From NCBI GenBank assembly GCA_018657525.1, contig JABHWZ010000004.1:114382-178381 (forward strand): DNA of 64,000 nucleotides. The letters are read 5' to 3'. The notes below the pieces were generated by a model that saw nothing but the letters and a program-made list of their open reading frames with translations, was not told where the DNA came from and ran no database searches. The position numbers and the translations under genes were made by a program. Shown here piece after piece: positions 37,624 to 48,728 of this stretch. How positions within the stretch are numbered: the stretch's first letter is position 1; the number at the start of each line of letters is the position of its first letter. Source of the stretch: an archaeon (GTDB lineage Archaea; Nanobdellota; Nanobdellia; Pacearchaeales; GW2011-AR1).

Positions 37624-37742
37624 GGTATATTACCTCATTTAATTACTATTCTAAATAAAACTCCTTTTAAAAAATTTTGGGTTTACTTAATAGTGAATTC
37701 TGAAAAGACAAGCTTTTTAAAGAAAATGAGGATTAAGGATAT

Positions 37743-39083
37743 ATGACTAATGACAAAGAATCTGAAGAAATAGATAAGTCAAAGATTCAAAAACTATTCG
37801 AAGAAGAAATAACAAAACCATATTATAAAATTGATTATTTAAACGATTTCAAACTTCCCTACAAAAAACTAGATGTCTCGATAATTATTCCGACAAAGAA
37901 CAGATCCCCTTACAAACCCAACTCATTAAAAAGCGAACTAAATCCCCTAGCTTGGGCAATTGATTCTTGTTTAATACAGAAACCTAAAATCAATGAAATC
38001 ATAATCATAGACGATAAAAGCAATGATTATACAAAACAAGTCGTCGAATCATTTAGAGACCAAGCTAAAAAAGCAGACGTAAAATTAATCTACATAAAAA
38101 ACAAAGTTCAATTAGGCAATGGTGCATCAAGAAACGTAGGATCAAGATTAGCAAATTCAAAATACCTTTTCTTTACAGACGACGATTTAATAATGGCTCC
38201 CTATGCAGTCTTCGGCGCATATTATACTTTTGAATTATTAGAAAAGAAAGGAGAAAAAATCGGATTAGTCGGCCTCCCAGTTTATTTCAGAAAATCATTC
38301 CCCTCAAAAATCCTTTCAAAAAAAGAAATTGGAATCTTAGATTACACAAAAGGAATAATTAAACCAAACAAAGATGCATTCATCCAAGAACTATTAACAA
38401 AAGAAAAATCTAATAAATTTTTAGATAATGAACTAAACATATTAAATCCAATAGAAATTCAAAATACAAACGCCTACGGCATTTGTTTAAGACAAGCTTT
38501 TGAAGACGTCGGAGGATTTCCAAATAAAATAGTGCGAGGAGAAGACAGAGAATTCGGAAGCAAATTAATTGAAAATGGTTATGATTTATATTTCAGCTGT
38601 GACATAAAATTCCAAGGAGTTCACGGAATGTTTGGATTCAATAACGGAGTTCTATTTGAGGGACAAGACTGGTTTAGACAATCAGGAGGGAAGATTTCAT
38701 TAAAAAAAATGATGAAAGAATGTGACAAGCCAAAAGAATCAACAGGCGCCAGAGTCGGAGTAAATCAATATATCTACCAGCAAATCATGTCTTTCTTTAT
38801 TTCAACTTACAAGAGAAACAAAAAAGGAGCGATTAACTGGACAAAAAGAGTTTACAAAAATTTTGTTTTAAAAGGAGATAGTGCATCAATTGGTTCTCAA
38901 AAAATTCCTCCATTAAACGAAGAAGAAAGAAAATCCATGTGGCTATCAGCAATTAATCAAGGATTAAAATTCGTCAGAGATGAAGAAAAAAAAGCACTAC
39001 AAAAACTTAACAAAACAATTCGAGAACTTCAAAAAGAAAGTAAAGCAGACAAAAATATTATCTCAATATTAGAAAGATTATAA
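37743..39083 (+). CDS. Glycosyltransferase family 2
   Basis: SIIIPTKNR, IDDKSND, RNVG, FTDDD, VGGF, GEDREF. Confidence 0.88.
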   Translation: MTNDKESEEIDKSKIQKLFEEEITKPYYKIDYLNDFKLPYKKLDVSIIIPTKNRSPYKPNSLKSELNPLAWAIDSCLIQKPKINEIIIIDDKSNDYTKQVVESFRDQAKKADVKLIYIKNKVQLGNGASRNVGSRLANSKYLFFTDDDLIMAPYAVFGAYYTFELLEKKGEKIGLVGLPVYFRKSFPSKILSKKEIGILDYTKGIIKPNKDAFIQELLTKEKSNKFLDNELNILNPIEIQNTNAYGICLRQAFEDVGGFPNKIVRGEDREFGSKLIENGYDLYFSCDIKFQGVHGMFGFNNGVLFEGQDWFRQSGGKISLKKMMKECDKPKESTGARVGVNQYIYQQIMSFFISTYKRNKKGAINWTKRVYKNFVLKGDSASIGSQKIPPLNEEERKSMWLSAINQGLKFVRDEEKKALQKLNKTIRELQKESKADKNIISILERL

Positions 39084-39703
39084 TGATAAAGGAAAAAGAA
39101 GGGTGGCAATCTAAAGTAAAATTTTATAATAATTATGTTATCAAAAAATTAAAATCTCCACGGGAAATTGAAGAAGGTATTAAACAATATCTAAAGAAAA
39201 AAAATAAATCACATGAATTAAAAGAACTTGTTAAAAAAACAATCAAACTAACCAACACTTCACTAAAAATAATTAAAAAAACAAAAGCACCGAAAGATTA
39301 TTTTGGAAACCCAGAATTTATCGGCCCTCGTGAAATAAAACAAGACCGCGCAATTTTAATGAGTGACGCTCTAGAAAACTTAATTTCTAAAAATAAAATA
39401 AGTGAAGCACAAAAATTAATAGACCAATACATAAAATTAATTTTAAACTTATGGCAATATAAAATTCATGAATTAAATTACAAATTTTATTCGAATTATG
39501 GCGTAATAAATAACCAAGTTATTTTACTTGACTTCTTAGAAATCACCGAAGATAAAAAAGAAGTTATTGATTATATCAAAAATAAAAAATGGGACAGCAA
39601 AAAAGATTTAAAGAAAAGAATCCCCCCAAAATTAATCGAATATTATATTAAAAAAATGAATGAAAATATAAATTTAAAAAACCTAGAAAAATTCTGGAAA
39701 TAG
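39083..39703 (+). CDS. Degenerate kinase-fold-like protein
   Basis: EGWQSKV..VIKK, IHE...NYG, ILLDF; lacks the canonical HxD and DFG. Confidence 0.5.
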   Translation: MIKEKEGWQSKVKFYNNYVIKKLKSPREIEEGIKQYLKKKNKSHELKELVKKTIKLTNTSLKIIKKTKAPKDYFGNPEFIGPREIKQDRAILMSDALENLISKNKISEAQKLIDQYIKLILNLWQYKIHELNYKFYSNYGVINNQVILLDFLEITEDKKEVIDYIKNKKWDSKKDLKKRIPPKLIEYYIKKMNENINLKNLEKFWK

Positions 39704-39737
39704 AGGGCTTTAAAAAGATAATTTTCGAAGATATACT

Positions 39738-40565
39738 ATGATAATAAAACAAAACAAAAAAGAGCTTTATTGGAATATTGTTTCTGAAGATGAAATGAAA
39801 AAGATGTTAAAAACAGCCAAAGTTGATTATAAAAAAGCTATCAAAAATATGAAAATAACAGATTATCAAAAAGATTATATCTTGAATGAAAAAGTTAGAG
39901 GAAAAGTAACAGAACTAATTGTTAAAAAAAATAAAATAAAAAACCCCCGAGTTTTAGATATTGGTGCGGGATTTGGGGCATTAGGCATTTCACTTGCAAG
40001 AAATTTTAACACGACTTCTATCGACGTTAATCCTTCAACACTAAAATTTATCGAATATAGAGCACAACAAGAAAAAGTAAATCTAAAAGTTAAAAAAATA
40101 AATCATTTATTCTATGGATTGCCTTTCGAAGACAAAAGTTTTGACATTGTTGTTATGAATGGTGTTTTAGAATGGGTGGCCTCAAGTATAGAAGGAGATG
40201 TTAAAACAATTCAAGAAACAATATTAAAAGATATTTCTAGAATCTTAAAAAAGAACGGAACATTAGTCTGGGGAATTGAAAATCGATTAGCATGGGATTG
40301 GATGAAAGGAAAAACAAGCCACGTTTCAATAAAATATATTGACCTAATGCCGAGGTGGCTTGCTAACATAATTTCAATGAAAAAGAAAGGACAGAAATAC
40401 AGAACTTATATTTATTCAAAACCCACTTACAAAAAAATGTTAAAAAAAGTTGGATTAAACGAAATAGAATTTTATACAGCTTACCCCACATATCAAAAAC
40501 CAAAGACAATTTTAAAAAACAAAAATCCTTTTGTGAATAGTTTTATAATCTTTTCAAAAAAATGA
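39738..40565 (+). CDS. Class I SAM methyltransferase
   Basis: VLDIGAGFG, LPFEDKSFDIVVMNGVLEW. Confidence 0.88.
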   Translation: MIIKQNKKELYWNIVSEDEMKKMLKTAKVDYKKAIKNMKITDYQKDYILNEKVRGKVTELIVKKNKIKNPRVLDIGAGFGALGISLARNFNTTSIDVNPSTLKFIEYRAQQEKVNLKVKKINHLFYGLPFEDKSFDIVVMNGVLEWVASSIEGDVKTIQETILKDISRILKKNGTLVWGIENRLAWDWMKGKTSHVSIKYIDLMPRWLANIISMKKKGQKYRTYIYSKPTYKKMLKKVGLNEIEFYTAYPTYQKPKTILKNKNPFVNSFIIFSKK

Positions 40566-41755
40566 AAATTCTTTTTCAATGCCCAAAATATCTTCCCGAC
40601 CTAGGAGGGATAGAGATTAGCACATCTAAAATAGCAAAAGAATTAATCCAAAGAGGACATGAAGTTTCAGTTTTATGTGAAAAGACTTCTGATTCTCAAA
40701 AAGATTTTGAGATTATGGAAAAAGTCAAAGTGTTTAGATTCTTAAATAATCCTCTTGGGAAATTTTTTAATTTTTTAAATTTTCAAAGTCTCCAAATAAG
40801 TTTAAAAAAATATGGCAAAAAATTTTATAAAGAAAACAAATTTGATATAATTATCTCGAGGGCATTCTTTTTCATTAAACCCACTAAACAGATAATTCCA
40901 AAAACTCCACTTATGTATATTCAACCCTCTGTTGGATATATCGCAATGCAAAAATCCGCTGAGAACTCACCTTGGATAAGAAAAAAAATTAGTAGATATT
41001 TAAAATCATTAATTTCATATTCAATGGAAAAAAGGGCACTAAAAAATGCAGACAGAACTCTTTCAAGAAGCAAAAGTATGGATCAAATAATACAAAAAGT
41101 TTTTCATTCCCCAAAAGAAAAAATTGGAAAATTTACACAAATAGCAAATTTAAAAGATTTTCAACCCCGAGAAAAAGATGCAAAGCTATTAGAAAAATTA
41201 CAAATAAAAAATAAAAAAATAGTCTTAACAATTTCAAGATTAAGCCCAGATAAAAACAATCTAGAACTGATAGATATTTTTAAAAATACAAACCCAAAAA
41301 ATTCTGTCTTATTAATTGTCGGGGGTGGAAGCCAAGAAAATGAAATTAAAGAAAAAATTAAAAAATTAAAAATGAAGAATAAAATTATAATGGTTGGGGA
41401 ACAAAAAAATACAAAAATATATTATAATCTTGCAGATATTTTTGTTACAACATCTAAACAAGAAGGATTCCCAAATGTTTTTTTAGAAGCAATGGCGTCA
41501 GGAATTCCCATAATTGGATTTAAAGAAAATCCTCCAGAAATTACAATCCCAACCAATGAAATAATTCAAAGTAAAAAAATAGGATTTGCAGTAAAGGATA
41601 AAAAAGAATTTTCAAAAAAAATTAATATATTATTAAAAAATGGTAAATTAAGAAATCAGATGAAACAAAAAGCAATAGAAGAAGTAAAGAAATATTCTTC
41701 AAAAAAAATATGTGACAATTTACTTTTAGAAATAAATAAAATAATGCCCAAATGA
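40562..41755 (+). CDS. Glycosyltransferase family 4
   Basis: GGIE, RL...K, EGFPNVFLEAMASGIP. Confidence 0.92.
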   Translation: MKILFQCPKYLPDLGGIEISTSKIAKELIQRGHEVSVLCEKTSDSQKDFEIMEKVKVFRFLNNPLGKFFNFLNFQSLQISLKKYGKKFYKENKFDIIISRAFFFIKPTKQIIPKTPLMYIQPSVGYIAMQKSAENSPWIRKKISRYLKSLISYSMEKRALKNADRTLSRSKSMDQIIQKVFHSPKEKIGKFTQIANLKDFQPREKDAKLLEKLQIKNKKIVLTISRLSPDKNNLELIDIFKNTNPKNSVLLIVGGGSQENEIKEKIKKLKMKNKIIMVGEQKNTKIYYNLADIFVTTSKQEGFPNVFLEAMASGIPIIGFKENPPEITIPTNEIIQSKKIGFAVKDKKEFSKKINILLKNGKLRNQMKQKAIEEVKKYSSKKICDNLLLEINKIMPK

Positions 41756-42786
41756 AAATCTTAATATGTTCAGATATATATCCTGGTTTAGCAGGAATCG
41801 CACAGTACTGCCAAGAATTATCTAATGTTTTAAAAAGAGAACATCAAGTTACAATTCTAACCTCTAAACAACCTTTACAAAAAAAAGAAGAAATTCTAAA
41901 TGAAATAAAAATCATCCGTTTACCTCACGCAGAAGTCGAACAATTTATGCAAAAAAATAAAAAAAATTTTAATTTGGTAATAATCAGGTGGTATAGATAT
42001 TTATTACCCGCAACACAATTTTTCGAAAATACAATTTATATTTTACCCTCAATACGAAAAGCAAGTTATAAATCAATTTATACAAATTTAAAAAAAAGAG
42101 AAATAGAAAAATCAAATGTAGAAGAAAAAGGTATGCAAAAATGTAAATTTATAATTTATCCAAGTAAAAATGTAAAAAAACAAGCAAAAGAAGAGTATGG
42201 AATTAATCGAGGAGAAATAATTTCCCACGCAGTAAATTTAGAAAAATTCAAACCCTCAAAAGAAAAAAAGATTTATGATATCTTAACTGTCGCAAATTTA
42301 AGCGATAAAAGAAAAGGAATCGACAAATTAATTAAAGTTGCCAAAAATTCCCAAGCGAATTTTTTTGTTTTAGGAAAAGGAAAACTAAGAGAAGAATATG
42401 AAAAAGAAATAAAAAAAGAAAACATTAAAAATTTTAAATTTTTAGGCCAAAAAGAAAGTCAAAAATACTATCCAAAATCTAAAATTTATGTTTTACCCTC
42501 GAGATATGAAGCGTTCGGCTTAGTCCTTTTAGAAGCCATGGCTTGTGGAATTCCTTGCATAGCCTTTCAACCAGATGGCAAAAAAATAAAAACCGCTTCA
42601 GATGAAATAATAATAAATAAAAAAACAGGATTCTTAGTTAAAAATGAAAAAGAAATGGCTAAAAAAATCAACCTTCTTTTATCTAACGATAAATTAAGGA
42701 AAAAAATGGGAAAAGCCGCAAGAAAAAAAGCTGAAAAAAATTCTTGGGAAAAAAAGGTAAAACAAATTTTAAATTTATTTCAATAG
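41752..42786 (+). CDS. Glycosyltransferase family 4
   Basis: RKGID, EAFGLVLLEAMACGIP. Confidence 0.92.
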   Translation: MKILICSDIYPGLAGIAQYCQELSNVLKREHQVTILTSKQPLQKKEEILNEIKIIRLPHAEVEQFMQKNKKNFNLVIIRWYRYLLPATQFFENTIYILPSIRKASYKSIYTNLKKREIEKSNVEEKGMQKCKFIIYPSKNVKKQAKEEYGINRGEIISHAVNLEKFKPSKEKKIYDILTVANLSDKRKGIDKLIKVAKNSQANFFVLGKGKLREEYEKEIKKENIKNFKFLGQKESQKYYPKSKIYVLPSRYEAFGLVLLEAMACGIPCIAFQPDGKKIKTASDEIIINKKTGFLVKNEKEMAKKINLLLSNDKLRKKMGKAARKKAEKNSWEKKVKQILNLFQ

Positions 42787-42855
42787 ATTTATTAAATAAT
42801 TTCAATATCAAAAAAAATTCAAAACCCTTAAAAACAATCACTCCCTCTCTAAAAT

Positions 42856-43317
42856 ATGAAATGTATCTTCTGTGAATTTAATAAAAACAAAAAGTTTCAT
42901 TCATTAAAAAAAGAATATCCTTTGATAATAGTTTACCAATCAAAAAATATCTTAGCATTTTTGAGCAATCCAAATAATGTAGGCCACTCTGATTTATTGA
43001 TTATCCCAAAAAAACATTTTGAATTTATAGAAGAAATACCCCCCAAAATTCAAAATGAATTAATCAGACTAAGTTCTAAAGCAGCAGGAATCTTAAGAAA
43101 AAAATATGGTGGATCAAATATTTTACTAAACAATGGACGCTCAGCTGAACAATGGATACAACATGTGCACTTTCATATAATCCCGAAAATTTCAAAAAAA
43201 GCCACAATTTTAAATAAATATGTTGGAAAAAATCCTTGGAAAAATTTATCAGTAAAAGAATTTACAAAAATATCAAACAAACTAAAACAAGATTTCAAAA
43301 CCCTTAAAAAGGATTGA
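42856..43317 (+). CDS. HIT family hydrolase
   Basis: CIFC, IPKKH, HVHFHIIP. Confidence 0.92.
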   Translation: MKCIFCEFNKNKKFHSLKKEYPLIIVYQSKNILAFLSNPNNVGHSDLLIIPKKHFEFIEEIPPKIQNELIRLSSKAAGILRKKYGGSNILLNNGRSAEQWIQHVHFHIIPKISKKATILNKYVGKNPWKNLSVKEFTKISNKLKQDFKTLKKD

Positions 43318-43334
43318 ATCTTTAAAATCTCAAG

Positions 43335-43937
43335 ATGGTTAATTTAATCGAAGTCCTTTCGGGATTCAATCCGCTTCCAGAAGCAAGTTTCGATGAAATA
43401 ATAATCAAAAGTATTTTCACATTAGCAATAATCATTATTGGAGTATTTTTTGGAAAATTAATTAGCTACGGTTTAAAAAATCTATCAAAAAAACTTGAGC
43501 TACACAAACACATTCAAAATAGTTTCATAGGATTAATTTTAGTATTTATCCGCTGGTCAATATATTTACTTTTTTTGAATCTAGCATTAAAATATTTAGA
43601 CATTAAACCATTGACAAATTTATTTAGTACAATTTTGATAACTGTCCCAGCATTTGTTACCGCCCTCCTTATCTTAACTGTCGGCTTCGCACTCGCAATT
43701 TATTTGCGCGGAGTTATCGAAGACGCAGAAGTCACAGGATGGGATTTAATCTCAAGAACAATGTTTTATTTTGTATTATATGTCTTCGGAATATATGCTT
43801 TAAGAGTTGCATTAGTGCCGTTCAGTGAATCAACAATTAATTCGATTATCTTAATACTTACTGCAGTTATTTCGGCAAGTGTCGCATACGCAATGGTCAA
43901 AAAAGGCAAAATCGAACACATCAAAGAACTAAAATAA
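43335..43937 (+). CDS. Multi-TM membrane protein (MscS-type TM-helix-like)
   Basis: About 5 TM helices. Confidence 0.6.
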   Translation: MVNLIEVLSGFNPLPEASFDEIIIKSIFTLAIIIIGVFFGKLISYGLKNLSKKLELHKHIQNSFIGLILVFIRWSIYLLFLNLALKYLDIKPLTNLFSTILITVPAFVTALLILTVGFALAIYLRGVIEDAEVTGWDLISRTMFYFVLYVFGIYALRVALVPFSESTINSIILILTAVISASVAYAMVKKGKIEHIKELK

Positions 43938-44093
43938 TTATCTATCCCGACTCATTTTTCTTTTATTATCATGGTACCTTTGAAAATTCTTTTCGCACAA
44001 AGCCCCGATTCTTTTACAATTTGAGCCTTCTTCAGAATAAAGTTTAACTTCTTTTCTTCTCCCTACGCTATTCAAATAATAAATTTGAGCCAT
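43938..44093 (-). CDS. 51-aa hypothetical peptide
   Basis: Hand translation MAQIYYLNSVGRRKEVKL..., ATG about 22 nt below TTTTAAA. Confidence 0.35.
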   Translation of the reverse strand: MAQIYYLNSVGRRKEVKLYSEEGSNCKRIGALCEKNFQRYHDNKRKMSRDR

Positions 44094-44267
44094 AATAAAA
44101 AACAGAAAATAACCTTTAAAAAATTAACGAAAATTCAAAAATAACCAAAACCAATAGCTTTAAAAGGCCCTTTCAACACAAAATTCTATATTAAGATGTT
44201 AAAGTCTTGGACAAAGGTCTAAAGGCTTGTTCAAGAAGAATTCTTGGAATATTATTAATAACGCAAA

Positions 44268-45947
44268 ATGAATAAATTTGAAAAACTCGGACTTAGTCCA
44301 GAAGTTGTTTCTGTTTTATCGAACATAAATATCACAGAGCCGACCGAAATACAAGAGAAGGCAATCCCTCTAGCCTTGCAAGGACACGATATAATTGGAG
44401 GCTCAGCAACTGGCTCCGGAAAAACCTTAGCATTTGCATCTGCCCTTCTTGAAAAAATAACTTCCAACGAATTCGTACAAGCAATGGTACTTACACCGAC
44501 GCGAGAACTAGCAGACCAAGTCGCAACATCAATAAGAAATTTTGCCAAAAATAAAAAACTAAAAACTATTGCAGTTTACGGCGGAGTAGATATTCAACAA
44601 CAAATCAGAAAAATTCGAAACGCAGACATTTTAATCGGTACCCCTGGAAGAGTATTAGATCACTTAAATAGACAAACTCTAAAAACAGACAAAGTTAGTT
44701 TCCTAGTTTTAGACGAAGTTGATAGAATGTTTGATATGGGTTTCCAAAGAGATGTAGAAAAAATAATCCAACAATGCCCAACTAAAAGACAAACAATGCT
44801 TTTCTCTGCAACAATTTCTCCAGACATAGACTACCTAACAAAAAAACATACAAAAAACGCAAAAACAGTTTCAGTCCAACCAAACGTAGATCCCAAAAAA
44901 CTAAAACAAATATTTTACGACGTCGACACAAATAAAAAATTCTCATTACTAGTCCATTTATTAAAAGAAGACAAAGACCACCACACAATGGTTTTCTGTT
45001 CGACAAGAAGAAACTCAGACTTTGTAGCAGACAATTTATTCAAATTAGGAATCAAAGCAAAAGCAATTCATGGCGGATTAGTACAAAATAAAAGAACCAG
45101 AATAATTAATGAATTCCAAAAAAAAGAAGTAAATGTTTTAATCTGCACCGACGTTGCAGCAAGAGGACTTGACATAAAGGGCGTGAGCCATGTTTATAAT
45201 TATGATTTGCCCAGAGAAACTAAAGATTACATTCATAGAATCGGAAGAACAGCCAGAGCAGGAAAAGAAGGAATTGCAATAAACATTTTATCGAGCCGAG
45301 ACTATGAAAGCTTTAGTGACATAGTAAACAGGGAAGCAGTCACAATCACAAAAGTCGAACTTCCAATTTTCCCAAAAATAATGATTAAAAGAATGAATAC
45401 TCCAAGAGGAAACAGCTTCAATAGAGGATCAAGTTTTAGAAGTCAAGGTAACAGGGGAAATAGTGGCCCAAGATCATTCGGAAGAAATAATTCACAAGGA
45501 AAAGGCTCAAGTTCTTCAAGACGAACTAACAATTCAAGATCATTTAGTAGAAATAATTCAGGACCACGAAGAGACTCTTCAAGCTCAGGAAGGAGATTCT
45601 CCTCAAGAAGCAGAGACAACAAACCCAGATCCTTCGGAAATAATAGAGATAGTAATTCAAGATCATTTGGAAATAAACCAAGATCATTTGGCAAAGATAG
45701 CAGAAAACCATTTAACAGAGATAATTCAGGACCACGAAGAGACTCTTCAAGCTCAGGAAGGAGATTCTCCTCAAGAAGCAGAGACGACAAACCAAGATCG
45801 TTTAACAAACCAAGAAATAACTCGGGAGAAAACGAAAGACCAAGAAGAAATTTTAAAAGTTCAGACCGAAGAACAAATTCAAAAAGACCATTTAATAAAT
45901 CAAGAAATGATTCTGGAAAAAAACGAACTTTCAAACGAAGAGATTAA
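44268..45947 (+). CDS. DEAD-box RNA helicase (CshA/DeaD-like) with an R/S/N-rich tail
   Basis: PTEIQ, ATGSGKT, PTRELA, DEVD, SAT, ARGLD, HRIGRTAR. Confidence 0.96.
   Translation: MNKFEKLGLSPEVVSVLSNINITEPTEIQEKAIPLALQGHDIIGGSATGSGKTLAFASALLEKITSNEFVQAMVLTPTRELADQVATSIRNFAKNKKLKTIAVYGGVDIQQQIRKIRNADILIGTPGRVLDHLNRQTLKTDKVSFLVLDEVDRMFDMGFQRDVEKIIQQCPTKRQTMLFSATISPDIDYLTKKHTKNAKTVSVQPNVDPKKLKQIFYDVDTNKKFSLLVHLLKEDKDHHTMVFCSTRRNSDFVADNLFKLGIKAKAIHGGLVQNKRTRIINEFQKKEVNVLICTDVAARGLDIKGVSHVYNYDLPRETKDYIHRIGRTARAGKEGIAINILSSRDYESFSDIVNREAVTITKVELPIFPKIMIKRMNTPRGNSFNRGSSFRSQGNRGNSGPRSFGRNNSQGKGSSSSRRTNNSRSFSRNNSGPRRDSSSSGRRFSSRSRDNKPRSFGNNRDSNSRSFGNKPRSFGKDSRKPFNRDNSGPRRDSSSSGRRFSSRSRDDKPRSFNKPRNNSGENERPRRNFKSSDRRTNSKRPFNKSRNDSGKKRTFKRRD
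45553..45785 (+). repeat. Exact 65-bp in-frame duplication in the helicase tail
   Basis: 45553-45617 equals 45721-45785 (NSGPRRDSSSSGRRFSSRSRD). Confidence 0.9.
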
Positions 45948-45983
45948 AATCAAGTCTCATCAAACCAATCTAACTTTCTAAAA

Positions 45984-46460
45984 TCAATTTTTAATTTTTT
46001 TAAAAAACTCATTTAATTTTTTTCCAAAAACAAACCACTCCTCTCCCTTACTAGACCAGTCCTCTTTTTTATTTAATTCCATACTTTCTTCAGGGGTACA
46101 AATCAAATCGTAATTAATTGAAATAGAAGTGTCTGTCTCTCCATCCCATTTATTAAAATTACTAAAACCTTTATCCAGCGTTGCATCAACCCTTATCCAT
46201 TCACCTTTTATTTTTATTTCAACAAAAGGATGAACATCATGATTAGCTGGAGCCTGTAAAACCAAATCTTTTGGTAATGATTGTTTATCCCAAGAAAACT
46301 TAGTCACAATTAATCTTGCTTCATATCCCAATTTCTTAAATTCATTTAAAAGTAATCTATTTTTATCCCAACATCTAAATCCCTGATCTTCAACCGATTC
46401 TGAAATATGATAAGGAATATCTCTTATCTTTTCAAAAACTTTTATGCGTATTTCTTTCAT
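45984..46460 (-). CDS. Transglutaminase-like protein
   Basis: C(WDK)...H(PFVE)...W..VDAT triad. Confidence 0.75.
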   Translation of the reverse strand: MKEIRIKVFEKIRDIPYHISESVEDQGFRCWDKNRLLLNEFKKLGYEARLIVTKFSWDKQSLPKDLVLQAPANHDVHPFVEIKIKGEWIRVDATLDKGFSNFNKWDGETDTSISINYDLICTPEESMELNKKEDWSSKGEEWFVFGKKLNEFFKKIKN

Positions 46461-46490
46461 CCTACTTAATAGGATTTATCCCTTATAAAA

Positions 46491-46778
46491 TTAATTCTCA
46501 TCAAACCAATCTAATTTTCTCCACTTCGGCAACTTCTTAATTGCACACTCGCACTTACAAGCATCAGAATGGCTTTCACAATATTTCACTCTTAACAATT
46601 CCTTAAATCCCTTCTTACAAACATATTTACTTCCTTTCCCCGACGCATGAACTTTCATCCTAGCCTCAACATCATTAGAAACCCCCGTATAAAATGAACC
46701 GTCCTGACACTCAAGAATATAAACACACCATTGCTTTTTCACAACCTTCTCGTGCCCTTTAAGGTATAGATTATCCAT
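46491..46778 (-). CDS. Small GIY-YIG nuclease (UPF0213-like)
   Basis: VYILECQDGSFYTG...R...H..GKGSKY...E..IK. Confidence 0.9.
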   Translation of the reverse strand: MDNLYLKGHEKVVKKQWCVYILECQDGSFYTGVSNDVEARMKVHASGKGSKYVCKKGFKELLRVKYCESHSDACKCECAIKKLPKWRKLDWFDEN

Positions 46779-46826
46779 AAATGACTAATCAAAAAAGTAT
46801 TTAAATAAACTCCCACAAGATTAATT

Positions 46827-47204
46827 ATGCCACAAAAATATTATCAAGGAATCAAACATGATCCTTTAACTGAAGAAGAAGTCAAACAGAAATATAAAGA
46901 CATTCAAGAAGAAATACTAGAAGTAATGGCATGGAAAAAAGAGACAGAAGCCAATTTAAATAATGAAAAAATTTCACCGCAAAAAAGAGGCGCTGCAAAA
47001 AGAGCAATGAAAAAAATCAAAAGAAGAATTGATACAGTTCAAGGACAAATAATTTACTGGAAATTAAGAGTTGCCGGAGAGAGCCATTTCAAAGCGAGCA
47101 TTGAAAAAAACGAATACTGGGCAAAATGCAATGAAGAAGCTGAAGCAGAGAAACATAAGATAGAAGAAGCAGAACTTCCAAAGTTATTAAAAAATAAGAA
47201 ATGA
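46827..47204 (+). CDS. Hypothetical helical protein
   Basis: ORF track with TTTAAATA box. Confidence 0.65.
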   Translation: MPQKYYQGIKHDPLTEEEVKQKYKDIQEEILEVMAWKKETEANLNNEKISPQKRGAAKRAMKKIKRRIDTVQGQIIYWKLRVAGESHFKASIEKNEYWAKCNEEAEAEKHKIEEAELPKLLKNKK

Positions 47205-47232
47205 AAAAGAAACTTTAAATCATACCTTTATT

Positions 47233-48717
47233 TTATTTCTCAAAAAAAGCTTTTTGAATAATCGGGCGCACATTATAGCCTAAACCAAATCCAATAAACA
47301 ACATTCCAACAAATTTATTATTATTTAAAAAAGCAATACCTACTACAACCAAACCCGCCCCCAATGTATCTTGAATTTTCATTTCTTCCCCCCTGTTCCA
47401 ACTATTCCAAAGATTGCTCCAACAAAGCCACCAAAACAAGTAATTAATAAATCCCTAGTTGTCCAATACCAATGTTCTCTTTTTAGCATTTTATAGCCCC
47501 CTCATTCCAAGAACAAATACAATTCTTAAAATCCATTCCCCAATGGTCACTTTGAATCACCTACCTCAATTGATTTCATAAGTTTAATATTATATATTAA
47601 TTAATAAATGTTATTAATCACAAATATTTTAATTTTTTATGATAGATTTCGGCATTAAAAAAACCAATAGAGCAAGGACTAAAGCAACTACTGCAATTAT
47701 TGCGTCTAGGTTACCTTGCGATTTTAAAACTAATCTAGAGAAAAGAAATGCAATTAATCCCATGGTTAAGATAAGATTGATTATTTCCAGTTTTTTCATA
47801 ATTATTAGATAGCCTGATTATTAATAAAGGTTGCGATTTTCATTCCTATATACTTCTAGGGAAAGAGAAATTACTTTTATTTGGTTAAGGAGGTCTTCTT
47901 GCCATTTTTTATTCTATCGACTAGGACATCTATTACAAAACCCACAAAAAACCAAATAGGAAAACTTAATATTATGGCTATAACAAAATTAGGAGATTGA
48001 AAAAAGTTGATCCATGCAGGAGGACTTGCAAACCAGACAAGAAATTGATAGGAAGAAAGGTCCAACATTACCTCTAGATCAATAATAAGAATGAATAAAT
48101 AAATGGCTGGTAGCCAAAACTTAAATTTTTTAAAAAAAGTTTTCATATAAATTATAAGAAAAACCCATTAATAAAACTAACTAAAACTTTTACAATTGGT
48201 TTAATTTTTTAGGCATGAAACTATATACTATTCTCCCTAATATTAAAAGAATAAATATCCTAAATGCAAGAAGGAATTTTGGATTTACTTCGGGAAAAAG
48301 TTCACTTCCTAAAGATAAGTTTGGAATATCTACAAATAATAGAATTTTTAATTGTTGCAAAAAGAAATAGATTGCAACTATAAAGAAGATGAAGAATATT
48401 ATTTGTTTAACTTTTTCTTTTTTCATTTTAATTTTAGATATATTGTGTAACTTACTATTGCAAATGCTACCAATCCGACGATAATTCCAGCAATATATAA
48501 ATATTTAATTATTTTCTTCCTCATGTTTTAAAATTAAAATTGTAGCCCCTATTCCTATAACTGCTCCAATAAAAATTATACCAATATATATTTTAAATAA
48601 AAAATCCATTTTTGGATAGAGGACATAACCGCCAAGACTTGCAATTAAAAATATTCCAAAAATATAACTAATAATATAAATTAGCGTTATGTCTTTTTTT
48701 GTTTTTGAATTTTTCAT
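47233..48717 (-). other. Array of tiny hydrophobic ORFs downstream of the integrase
   Basis: 47233-47382, 47379-47489, 47629-47799, 47877-48146, 48190-48426 and 48505-48717; each has 1-2 TM helices and all are on the minus strand. Confidence 0.6.
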
Positions 48718-48728
48718 TTTTTAAATTT

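Noticed and set aside
45443-45981. ORFs 45443-45934 (-) and 45463-45981 (+)
   Set aside because: Shadow frames of the repetitive helicase tail.
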